Positions 52,381 to 64,000 of a stretch of DNA of 64,000 nt are shown piece by piece. Within the stretch, counting starts at the first letter, position 1. Every line of letters begins with the position of its first letter. Under the pieces are notes generated by a model. That model had not been told where the DNA came from, ran no database searches, and saw only the letters and a program-made list of their open reading frames with translations. The translations under genes and the position numbers were made by a program. The stretch spans positions 33,852,001-33,916,000 of the forward strand of contig NC_043017.1 of NCBI RefSeq assembly GCF_006345805.1, written 5' to 3'. This DNA is from Octopus sinensis (lineage: Eukaryota).

Positions 52381-52784
52381 ATAGAGTTGTTGGAAAATAA
52401 ATAGATCTATGTATTAATTTGAAAATATATCATGCATGTCTGCTTGCGATTCGTTCTTAAGAAAAGCAAAATTCACGTAGCAACTATATTATCTTATTTA
52501 CCCCACACAACTCGTTTCTATATTCGTGATGGGAACAAAGAAGGGATATGTTTTAACTTGTTCAATAGGTGTGTGTGCTCGCACTAACTGATACTATCAT
52601 TATTATTATTAACAACATTAATAATGCTTGTGGAACTGCTGTAGCTAAGGTCTCTACGTAGCAGCAGACGAAATACCGCTAAGCATTTCGCCTGGCATTC
52701 TAACGTTTCTGCCAGTTTGCCCCCTATCTAACGTTTCTGCCAGCTCGCCACCTTATATATATAAACTTCTGATAGCTTCTTCAC
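52381..52784 (+). repeat. 404-bp direct repeat, copy 1
   Basis: Matches 54547-54950; one substitution seen. Confidence 0.95.
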
Positions 52785-52796
52785 ATATATATATAT

Positions 52797-52980
<184 letters not shown>

Positions 52981-53129
52981 TATACAGAGAAATTCTCCAA
53001 ACTACCAAGATCAGCAGGCTTGGGAAAGACGGCGTAGTCAGTTTCGAAGCTGTTTTTCTGTGAGGACTGTGTTTTTCAACAACACTTGCTTCCTCATACC
53101 ATTACACAGAGAATGACACGAAAACTTAC

Positions 53130-53448
53130 TGGTCAGTGTACCTGGAACTTTGGTTAAACTTCTGCCAACCTGTGTTACAACTGACTGAGTACCAAGTCTT
53201 GCAAAAGCTGATTTTGTAGAAAGGGATGACACTGAACTAAGGTCTAAGTTACGTCCATTATCATTGCTCAGGAACAAATATCGTTCCGTATCCTTATGTG
53301 AATGTCCTTTCGCTTTTGGATTCTTTTTGCAGGTTTGTGCCTGAGGCGCACTTTTTGAAGTCTTTTGATTACCATGAGAAGTTCTACCACGAGATTCTCT
53401 AACCACTTGAATGGCTAGCTGACCATGATCACTTTTAACAGATGGCAT
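53130..53448 (-). CDS. Candidate coding exon of an unknown protein (MPSVKSDHG...KVPGTLT, then CA|gtaagt donor); stop-to-stop ORF 53038-53448
   Basis: 136-codon non-repetitive ATG-initiated ORF with an internal consensus donor; upstream ttaattttacaag could be a weak acceptor; no recognised domain. Confidence 0.4.
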
Positions 53449-54546
53449 CTTGTAAAATTAAGATAGTAATAACAATCTTTTCAAATATATTACTTTTGTT
53501 AATAGGTTCCGGCCATGCTGGAGTGAATACATAAGTCGTATAGAATTATGAAAGAATATGTTTCAAATTTATGTGGAACCCGAATATTTTATAGATTTTT
53601 TGACGCAGCATAAGTTGCGCATTAAGGATTTCGGCAAAAGGCCGAGGATTTTCGAAACAAAATGGATTTCAGATTAAAATGAGTTCCATGCCTACGCTGT
53701 GTCAAGGGTTATAAACGAAAAATGAATGAAAAGAAATTATTAAAACCTGTGTTCGAACGAATCCGATTATCGTAGTTTCGTAGACACAAATACAGCGCCA
53801 GTTAAGATGTAAACATTAACTTTCCACTTATTTGTCTTGTTTTCGTTGGATTCGGTACAAGACGAACAGATTAAAGAAAAGACGAGATTTAGATCAACTA
53901 AATCGCCTCTTCAGTATATATCACTGATAACTTTATTTTAATGGAACGGCAGAAGGATTTGTCCAGAATTACGGAAATCTGAATGTTCCATATTCGTGCG
54001 AAAAAAAACAAAGTTTTCTTCGTAACTTCGGAAGCAAAGAAGAAAAAGATAAAAGGCGGAAATAATTTTGTTTTCAAGCCTGGAATTATCGAAGAGGCTT
54101 TGTTGCTATGAATATTTATACATAAACAAACTTAATCCAATTCTCAATGAACCGATGTATAACAGGATTTAAGTTCTTGTTAATTTTTGGGTTTTTGTTT
54201 TTTTAAATGCTTTACGGAATATTTTGTTTTCATTCGTTTTGCTTTTTATAAGAAATTAATAAATTATCAAACATACCATTAGAGATCAATCATTATCCAA
54301 AATGTTCAGATAATTGAAATAGGGTGAACTGGAGAGGGTTTACAAGTAGTGTAATGGAACGATGGCATTGTTCTTGGTGTGGTGGTGGTGGTGGTGGTGT
54401 TGATGATAATAACGTAGAAAGTTTGGAGACATTTCTAACAAATAAACCAGAAACACAGGCGTCCTAATTAAAAAAAAAAAGTTTCCAAATTTCAGGATTT
54501 TTGTTGAATTTACAATAGAGATAGTTGCTAGAAAATAAGCAGTGCG

Positions 54547-54950
54547 ATAGAGTTGTTGGAAAATAAATAGATCTATGTATTAATTTGAAAATATATCATG
54601 CATGTCTGCTTGCGATTCGTTCTTAAGAAAAGCAAAATTCACGTAGCAACTATATTATCTTATTTACCCCACACAACTCGTTTCTATATTCGTGATGGGA
54701 ACAAAGAAGGGATATGTTTTAACTTGTTCAATGGGTGTGTGTGCTCGCACTAACTGATACTATCATTATTATTATTAACAACATTAATAATGCTTGTGGA
54801 ACTGCTGTAGCTAAGGTCTCTACGTAGCAGCAGACGAAATACCGCTAAGCATTTCGCCTGGCATTCTAACGTTTCTGCCAGTTTGCCCCCTATCTAACGT
54901 TTCTGCCAGCTCGCCACCTTATATATATAAACTTCTGATAGCTTCTTCAC
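54547..54950 (+). repeat. 404-bp direct repeat, copy 2
   Basis: See 52381-52784. Confidence 0.95.
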
Positions 54951-55384
54951 CTGCTCTCCCATTTCTCAAGTATTTTTCAATACATCATCCTGCGACGTAC
55001 CCAGACAAATCATAAGTGATGTTTCCTAGGGTCATTAGGTGTTTCAGTTCTTTCAACTAATGACACCCTCACCTAGGTCATCCAACCAGGGTTGATCAAC
55101 CCCCACCCACTAGCACTACCCCTCATAGCAGTGCTGCTTCCAGGGAGAGCTCGCATCTCCTGATCTACGGCCAACTTGGGGCAACCTCTGCTACTTCCAC
55201 AACCAACCCGGAAACCTTCTTACTGTGCTCCTGTGATGCCAAGCATGTTGCAAACTCTGCAGAGGGATTGGCCTGCAAACCCTCTGCATCCTGCCTTCAC
55301 ATCTGATGTTAAATAAGTTGGCATTGAATGTGGAATCAGTGACAGCAAATAAGCAGCAATAATACAGCTGTGCCAAAACATCTC

Positions 55385-55415
<31 letters not shown>

Positions 55416-55613
55416 TACATACATACATACATATATATAAATATATACATACATATATATATATATATATAAATATATACATACATACATACACACAAAA
55501 ACACACAGACATATATTGTAGTTCCTCAAGAAATGTCATATGAATTTTCTTTCTAAAAAATATGAAAGGTCTGCATGTGCACAGACATTGCATTTATACA
55601 AATTAATGCACAC

Positions 55614-55668
<55 letters not shown>

Positions 55669-55672
55669 CATT

Positions 55673-55818
55673 ACTCTCCTACCCTGATGTAATCTCCAGG
55701 GATACAGGCATCCAGCAACAGGACCTCCGTAATGCTATGATGGACCGTGAAGTCTGGCGCAACATGGTAAATTCCATTGTCTCGACCACGGTCGAACAAT
55801 GATGATGAATGATGATGA
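55673..55818 (+). mobile_element. 5'-truncated RTE LINE 3' end with (TGA)n tail
   Basis: LSYPDVISRDTGIQQQDLRNAMMDREVWRNMVNSIVSTTVEQ*; highly similar to the reverse complement of 62833-62975. Confidence 0.85.
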
Positions 55819-55837
55819 TATATATATAATATATATA

Positions 55838-55881
<44 letters not shown>

Positions 55882-57043
55882 ATATATATATAATATATAT
55901 ATACGTATATATGGAAGCGAAGAAATTGGAAACGGAAAATAAAAGTAGAAATGCAACACTGTTGCAAATTATCAAATCGTTTCCTATTTTCCATTCTCTA
56001 TTTTGCATTTCTTCTATTTCTACCTTATGTGGTTCATTGTTTTAATTCAAACTCTTGTTAGTTATTGTCTGTGGCATGCGACCTCAATAAAATGGGGTAA
56101 CGAACAGCATTTGAGAATAGCAATGCCAAAACGCTGATGCAGGGAAATTTAAATGACTTCAAAGGAGAGCGTGATAACTTGGAAAGTACTTACAGGCGAA
56201 GAAGCGGAATTTCCGGGGAGCTTTTACTATAAAATTCTGTAAAAATTCCTTAAAATGTGATTCACTTTAAACACAAGTAACAATAACCCTACGGACAAAT
56301 TGAAAGAGAACATTGCAATGTATTTCACAAGGAAAGAAATGGGGGCGGAGGGAAAATCAGATTCTTTAACAATTTTGAGGTTGAAATTTTGAATGCTTTT
56401 GTGAAATCGTGAGACGATAAAAAAATGAAAGATATAAGTTAAACTAATTAACGACACCACGTTTTATATATTCCTTCGCTTTTGAAACACTTCTTTGCAG
56501 TCTCAGAGAATCGAATAAGAAATCTGTAAAACTGCGTGAAGCAGATGCATGTCAACTTCAGTTTGCTACATTAAACCTCAGTGAATAATAATTCCTACCC
56601 ATTGATTATTAGCTGAGTTAATGGCGTAGATTAATTATGTATTTAATTTGGATGCAAGGCTAATAATTTTGCTTCGCAACTACTTCGTAGTATGTTCCCT
56701 TCTAACGAGCGTTACACTGCGCATGTGTCTTTTCCTATAACCTCCAATTAATGTATACGCATTGAATGAAATATGAGAAAGAGAAATCATGTGGTGGCAC
56801 ACACAAACACATACGCGTACACACATAAGCACATACACGCTTACATGCACAAACGCACACACCTGTGTGAGTGTGTGTGTGGAGGGGGTGCTGTCCATAA
56901 ATCCGAAAAGAAGCACAGTCTAACAAAATTTCTGAGGAGTGATATTTTATGCAGTTGTTGGTGATGGTTAATCAGAAAGTTACCATTGGTTTCACGTCTT
57001 TTATTACACTTGGCAATATAGGCTACTCGTGAGACTTGCTGGC

Positions 57044-57154
<111 letters not shown>

Positions 57155-57332
57155 GTAGGTCCCGGGTTAACCACAGTAAATAAGGTACTCAATACATAGC
57201 AGAGTAAAGTAATTATTTTATAGAAGGAGCTTCTACAGGACTAGAACTGTTTCATTCAGATGAAATCTTCAGGAAGCTCTTGAAGATTTCATCTGAATGA
57301 AACAGTTCTAGTCCTGTAGAAGCTCCTTCTAT

Positions 57333-57337
<5 letters not shown>
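57155..57337. mobile_element. HHR-bearing mini-element P6 (minus sense) with an inverted duplicate forming perfect 57-bp arms
   Basis: 57215-57271 is the exact reverse complement of 57281-57337 with a 9-nt spacer; both ends abut (TA)n. Confidence 0.8.
57227..57279 (-). ncRNA. Type I hammerhead ribozyme, canonical core
   Basis: GAGCUUC-CUGAAGA-U-UUCA-UC-UGAA-U-GAAA-CAG-UUCUAGUC-CUG-UA^GAAGCUC; stem I 7 bp, stem III 4 bp; stem II weak with a U-U closing position. Confidence 0.7.
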
Positions 57338-57368
<31 letters not shown>

Positions 57369-59428
57369 GTTATTCGTACATCATATTTCACATGCTGTCT
57401 TGTTAAACAAAACACACTTTGCATACTCGTGTTCATACATATGAAGGAGCTCTGCATAAACATGTGCTGTGTTACAAATTTAAAAGAAAACAAGTCTTAA
57501 ATTTCAAGACATAAAAACCAATTAAATATCAGGAGAGGGTTTAACACCCAAGGAGAATGATAAGAACACAAATCAGTAAAAGGCTTGATTAATGCGAAGA
57601 TTAGAGACATACCAGTGAGTGGAGAATATGAAACAAATGTATTTCGAAGTTTTGATTAGATAGGGGCTACAACAAAACTGGGAACACTTGCTTAGCTGTT
57701 TCAAGGTATCTCCTAAAATGATTTTATTTTAAAGAACTTAACGCCACATGAAATTTAAATGTAAAAGATATTCATTTTCCATTATAAATGTGCCCTTGCG
57801 ATGTGAGACAATTCCTCCAGCATGCCTTCGAGGTCTTGAAGCTTTGGATTGTACGTCTAAGAAGTAATGAAAGTTGAGCAACTATTTGAAGGGGTCCCCA
57901 GTAGAGAAATTTGAAAAATCCTCCAAGTAATGCAAACGAAGTACTGATGGATTTTCGTAAATCATGCTTGCAACTAAATGTCTTCCGTTTGGAGACAATA
58001 CGAAGTTTTGCATTTCTAGATAAATATGACAGCTTTTTCAAATGTCAGAACAACATTGGTATTGCTGCCTTTAATCGGCTAACCCCCGTGAATATTACTT
58101 TGCTGGAACTGGGCGAAGGAAGAATAAATATGTTTAATACTGAAACAGATTTCCCAGATGCTGTCGTATTTGAGACTTTCCCAACAGTGAATTCCATAGA
58201 AGATTTGTCTTAATCTTTGTATGACAAGCAACCAACACTCTTCGAAAATTAATAATGGATGTCTTGAAGAACTATTCTAATAATAATAGAAATCGAAGAA
58301 TTTAGTCAAGAAAACGACGCAATAGCGAATATACGTCCTGAAAATATGATTACACAAAGGACCATCGAGACTTGACTGCGTATTGTTTTATAGTTTACGA
58401 ACATGTTCTTGTGCATGTCTAAATCGCGTAATATTTTGGACCGGAGTATTTTATCCCTCCTCTGAGAAAATTGTACTCATTCTTTTCTTCATCAAGTTGC
58501 ATTAAATTGTCTTTGATTTTCCATTCTTGTTTCGTCCCAGCTGTTCTCTTGTTTGCTGCTGCATTATTGCTGCTTCTATGTCGAAATTATGCGTTATTTA
58601 TTTGGTCATTCTACGATACTTATTTGGTCATTCGTTGAATAAAATATGCTTGAACAAACTGAAATTGAAATATATAGGAAAAATAAAATTATGAACCATT
58701 TGCATAATACGTCCTGCCCACAAGTAATATTAATGCTTTTGGTTTCCTTCTCTTCAAAGGTAGTAAATTGACGATTTAAAAAATAAAATTATACTTCATG
58801 TATTTAATTTAACCAACTGAATATTGCTTATTTTTGAAATTATATCATTCTAATATTTGAATTTTTTTAGCTCCCAGTAATAAATATATGCATAATAATG
58901 AATTTTTCACATTATACCAATAATTTTTATCTCGTTATTCAATTTTAGTATTTTTATAAATATATAAATATTTAATGTAAATATATGTAGTAGTTTATAT
59001 GGATGCATTTATGAAAAACCCTTCTATAATAGAATAGGTTGTTGATATCTCGAATTCCCTATATTACTAATATAACGAACAGAGCTGAATTAAATGTATA
59101 CATTGAATGAATTCACTCTCTTTATATTTTTTAAGTAAAAGTTTCTTGAAAATCATCTTCATCTGCGGATAGCATATGAGCGAGTAACAAAATTTCTCTC
59201 TTTCAGGTTAGAGAAGATAATTTTTAAATATTTATATTCTATTATATTTTGCAAACTCAGTATATACATCGTATAGCATTTACATTTGTTTAGGTATCTT
59301 GTCTGTAAATATCTTTCCTAGTTCAGCTTCTGTTTTCATTATTGCGATGTTATGGCCAAACTGAAGGATATTTGAATGTTGGCTGGTTGTGGAACTAGAT
59401 AAAAGTTTCTAACATTTCTGAATATGTT

Positions 59429-59594
59429 AGGCGCAGGAGTGGCTGTGTGGTAAGTAGCTTGCTAACCAACCACATGGTTCCGGGTTCAGTCCCACTGCGT
59501 GGCACCTTGGGCAAGTGTCTTCTGCTATAGCCCCGGGCCGACCAATGCCTTGTGAGTGGATTTGGTAGACGGAAACTGAAAGAAGCCTGTCGTA

Positions 59595-59643
<49 letters not shown>

Positions 59644-59860
59644 TTGTGTGTCTGTGTTTGTCCCCCTAGCATTGCCTGACAACCGATGCTGGTGTGTTTA
59701 CGTCCCCGTCACTTAGCGGTTCGGCAAAAGGGACCGATAGAATAAGTACTGGGCTTACAAAGAATAAGTTCCGGGGTCGATTTGCTCGACTAAAGGCGGT
59801 GCTCCAGCATGGCCGCAGTCAAATGACTGAAACAAGTAAAAGAGTAAAGAGTAAAGAGAG
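59429..59860 (+). mobile_element. SINE family A, full length (reference copy)
   Basis: A box TGGCTGTGTGG, B box GGTTCAGTCCC, internal (TA)n(TG)n and (aaagagt)n tail. Confidence 0.92.
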
Positions 59861-60369
59861 TATGTGAGTGCATAGTAGTAATGTCTGTGGCATGCGATTA
59901 ATGTTTTAAAGAATATTTTGCCCACACTATATAAATTGATGTCGATATATTTATGATTCTCAAGTGTCCATATACATATACATAGAACGTTTACATATGA
60001 TTACTTATGCAAATAGTGTGTTTACATATGCACACATACACATTTATAAATAGACATAACACAACGACACATTTATCTACAATTGTATGAACGCATAAAC
60101 ATATATACTGAAAATGCTACCAATATATATATGTATGTATGTTTGTATGTATGTATGTATGTAGATATATATATATATATATATATAGGTTCATGCTAAA
60201 GTAAGATGCGCGTGTGTGTGTGTGTGTGTGTGTGTGTTTGTGTGCGCACTTCATGCAGCCTCAAGTATTTTAACCCTTATTTCTTGCAATATAGGTGTTG
60301 TTCAGCATCCTCAGTCGCATTTAGTGACGACTAAATTTTACCTTAATGGTTTCATAATGCGCTTAGCTC

Positions 60370-60401
<32 letters not shown>

Positions 60402-60418
60402 TGTATGTATGTATGTAT

Positions 60419-60669
60419 CTGTGTTTCTCAACCGGGGTCCATATGGCCCTTAGGGATCCTTATAAGATTTTGTTGCTAAAATTTATCTGCAATAAATTGT
60501 TTATACTTTTCTAATATCCAAAACATCTTAATAATTTATTTCTATATTCCTAATAATATTACATCATAAAACTATGAGGATCTTTTAGACATCGAATGGC
60601 TAGGAGCGCTCACCCGAATAAAATAAGCATCAAAGTGGTTCATAGGTAAAAACTGGTTAAGAAACACTG
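60419..60669. mobile_element. hAT/Charlie-type MITE
   Basis: Imperfect 15-bp TIRs ctgtgtttctcaacc / ggttaagaaacactg; no 8-bp TSD visible. Confidence 0.6.
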
Positions 60670-61009
60670 TACTAAACGAGGGGTACATAAAATGCTTATA
60701 CAACAAAAGAAAAAGAGAGTAAGGATATGCGAGTTTTATTATTATATATGTTTTATTATATGTCTTATAATTCGATATAAGAACAGGGAATTATAACATG
60801 CTGTATCTTTCCTAATGTTCTGAATACTATATTATTGGTTTCATGTATTAGTACTCCCACACTGTTTCAGATTTACTGTTATTCTATATGCTGTATATAT
60901 TATTGCAAACGCTAATATTGCTGCAGGCCTCACTGTTTACGTCTATCACATTTCGTTGCTGAGAACTAAACATGATATTTACTGAATAGATACATTATAA
61001 CTATTTGTG

Positions 61010-61342
61010 CAGACATGGCTGTGGGGTCAAAAAGCACACATTGGGCAAGTGTCTTCTGCTATAAAGCCCCGGGTCAACCAATTAATTGTCAGTGAATTTG
61101 GAGAATGGAAACTTTGTGGAAGCCTGTCATATAATGTGCGTGTGCGTGTCTTTCTGCCTGTTTGTTCCCCTCCCACTTCCAACCGTCCAACCGGTATTGG
61201 TCTGTTTTCATCCCTGTGATTCGGCAAAGCAATTCGATAGTATAAGTACCCGACTGAAACACTGGGGTCGATGTTTTCGACGGAAACCTGTCATAGTGGT
61301 GCTCCAGTATGGCTGAAGTCCAGTGACTGAAACAAGTAAAAC
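61010..61342 (+). mobile_element. SINE family A, degenerate
   Basis: ttgggcaagtgtcttctgctataaagccccggg...ggtgctccagtatggctgaagtccagtgactgaaacaagtaaaa. Confidence 0.75.
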
Positions 61343-61379
61343 TAGATGAAAGACTGCTGAAATCTAGACTTTAAAATAT

Positions 61380-64000
61380 CACCATTTTTAGACGGATTAC
61401 AAAATTTTGCAAAAGTTTTTGTTTAAGTCTTTATTATGCTAATCTTCGCACCGATTCTGAAAATGATCGTATTTTTTCTATACCATCGACAGTTGCTCAG
61501 CTATATCAAATTACGCTAATTACTAACAAATATATTTTGTACAAGGAAGGGCCATTTGCTCATTTCTACCCAAAATTTGGGCTAGCCAGAGAAAATTATG
61601 TTTTTCGCTTAATGTAAACCCCTACTGAACGACCAGGTACCCCACTTTTCATGGTACTCAAAATGTATGCCAATTTTATTTCAGTCTCAAAAAATTGACG
61701 GACTCCCTTCTTTTGTAGTAGAGGGATTGTCTATAAAGATGTATATTGATATGGTACTAATATGTTTTTTTTCTCTTTCAGCTCTGTGTTGCGAACATTA
61801 AACTAAATTTTCCTGACCATGACTACTAGAGGATGCTGAAATTCACCAGATTATTTTCGTTATGCGTGCAGATATTATGCTGGTGCAAGGCATGTATCAC
61901 ATAAAATCGTGAAAGGTACCGAATACTGGATGGCTTACAAACTCTACATTGGAATCAACTTGTGGGACTATGATAAGCCTTGGCCTCCCTCCATGTAATA
62001 TTTGAACGATGTCAATCAAATTTAGAAGAATGGTTAAGAGGTGCAAGGAGAGCCTTTTGCTATTGCCAGAGTATTGGCGAGAGCCAAAAACCCATCACGG
62101 TAATTGATCTTTTTGCATGATTGACGTAGCAAAGTACAGAAAAGTTAAACGAAGACATGCACCTTAGTATGCCAGCATACCATCCTCTATTGCACCTGTG
62201 CCACATAAATTACTGGTACCACAATCGCCAGAAAATGTAAGAAAATTCCATCACAATGTTTAATCAAATTTAAATTTTATAAGCTAGATAAAATAACCAA
62301 AATTCAAAACTTAAAAGCATTTTGCTCAGTTTTGTTTTAATGTTATGTTTACTAATAAGATTCATACTGTTTCAAGTTATTATATGAGAACACTTTATCT
62401 TATCAGGTAGAAGATACTACTATGGAAGTGTCATCAGGAGAGTACTAAAGTAGCAGCAACCAAATGAACCAAGACTTCAGGCCAAGAATGAGTACGCCCA
62501 CACTTTCCAAATCAACGTGGACTGGATGATCCCATCCAGATTTAGGCCTCACCAAGCCAGGAGACGAACTTTTAGCATCCATCAAGGCTGAAGAAATGGA
62601 ACTTATTGGAACAGGACTGCAAATCAATAGGGTGCGAGAAAGGACATGAGGAATTTGAAGTTTAGTATTATATTTGTGAAGATGTGTTTCTGCAAAGAAA
62701 TAAATAGCTTTTTTGTAACTATTGGAATTGATCGTGAAACTAAAGAATGGCGACTTTTCATAGACATCTCAGCTATAAGTCCCAAAACAGTTTTACTATA
62801 CAATGGAAATCACTATCCATCTCTGCCTATCGCATCATCAACATTGTTCGACCCTCGTCGAGACAATGGAATTTACCATGCTACGCCAGACTTCACGGTC
62901 CATCATAGCATTACGGAGGTCCTGTTGCTTGATGCCTGTATCCCTGGAGATTACATCAGGGTAGGAGAGTGTGCGCCCTCTGGTATCGCGAGTAGATGGC
63001 TTCCAGAGGAGAAGATGAGAAATTGCCTCGTTTTCAGCTCTACAACAATGTCCAGTAAACTGGACTCTCCTACCTTTCACAAGAGATGATACAGGTGGTA
63101 GTTTCCCATATATTTGCATTTTGGTTGGATGACGCTTCCACGAGAGATTTTGAGCTCTCATAAGGAGGCGAGTGTAGGTTTCATCCAACCGCCTCCAAGC
63201 TTCTTTGATAACGTCCAGGTTTGGAGAAATATGAAAATGTCAAAAAGCTTCTTCTGAAAGTAAACTATGCGAAACTAAGGTGGGATGTTTGTGGTGATTT
63301 TAAGATGCTTGCCTTCTTGCTTGGATTGCAAGGCGGATACAGAGAATATTCGCGCTCGCTTTGTCTATGAGACAACAGAGCTGATCGTGAACTTTAACCG
63401 ACATTTTAGGTGGCCTACGAAATGACATGCAGCTAGGAAAGTAAAATGTTACAAGACAACCTCCTGTAGAGCCTGCCAAGGTTTTGTTACTTCCACTTCA
63501 CAAAAAACTGGGTTTGGTCAAGCAACTTGTGAAAGCTTTAGAACATGGCGGATAAGCCTTTCAAGAAATTCGTTTACTCTTTCCAAAGCCATCTGAGGCA
63601 AAGCTTAAGGGTGGCATTATTACTGGACCGCAAATAAGAGAAACTTGAAAAGGGAAAAAGGATGCATATTGTGGCAGGGTGCATGGTTTCCTAGGTAACA
63701 ACAAAGATCCCAACTACAAGCAACTGTTGGCAAAGCTTATTGAGAACTTAAGCTGTGTATTTTCCCGTTCACATTTAGATTTCTCAAAACTTAGGTCGGG
63801 CCAATGAAGACATTGCTGCAATGGAGAAGAGATAACAAGCAAGATTAGACACTGCCATGATGAGAGCCTATATATGGTCACTTGCCCTTAAAGATAAAGT
63901 AGGAAAACCCGATCTTTAATGCATTTATAGTGTAATCTCATCATCTGCCTACTTACCTTCTCTGTTTAGCTTCAGGTGAGATGCAAAAGATGATTACAAA
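61380..64000 (+). mobile_element. Chapaev3-like (CMC superfamily) DNA transposon, transposase pseudogene ~61819-63895
   Basis: MTTRGC*NSPDYFRYAC, DLGLTKPGDELLAS, EWRLFIDISAISPKTVLLYNGNHYPSLPIA, WDVCGDFKMLAFLLGLQGGY, PLHKKLGLVKQLVKAL, GPQIR, HGFLGNNKDPNY; the subfamily name is from recall. Confidence 0.75.
62833..63220 (-). mobile_element. RTE LINE 3' fragment inserted into the Chapaev-like transposase
   Basis: LDETYTRLLMRAQNLSWKRHPTKMQIYGKLPPVS...RRVQFTGHC...WRSMVNSIV; splits the transposase between PSLPIA and LEKYENV. Confidence 0.85.

Noticed and set aside
53875-53920. CUGAAGA plus a good hairpin on the minus strand
   Set aside because: Followed by UUUUC rather than GAAA; no stem I or III.

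Overview
AT-rich, repeat-dense eukaryotic DNA. The SINE families, microsatellite load and transposon set are most consistent with an octopus/cephalopod genome; this is inferred from recalled repeat families, not from a database hit. No intact multi-exon gene can be assembled. Most ORF-track entries are microsatellite or SINE artefacts, and the only reasonable host coding candidate is a minus-strand exon at 53130-53448. The window holds decayed transposons (Tigger/pogo, Tc1, L1/Tx1, Gypsy gag-protease, Helitron, RTE, Penelope-like, hAT MITE, Chapaev3-like) and many tRNA-derived SINEs. The main hidden signal is six sequence-unrelated short elements, each carrying a type I hammerhead ribozyme (HHR) fold or a variant of it, about ten motif copies in all (17.8, 18.6, 19.3, 19.4, 24.0, 27.4, 40.7, 41.8, 42.8, 57.2 kb). 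Most have a palindromic stem III, all have a short 3' tail ending at a microsatellite (usually (TA)n), and they occur as partial-tandem or inverted copies, like Penelope-like elements and retrozymes. One family has an unusual G3:C8-swapped catalytic core. All ribozyme calls come from hand-folding and are untested.
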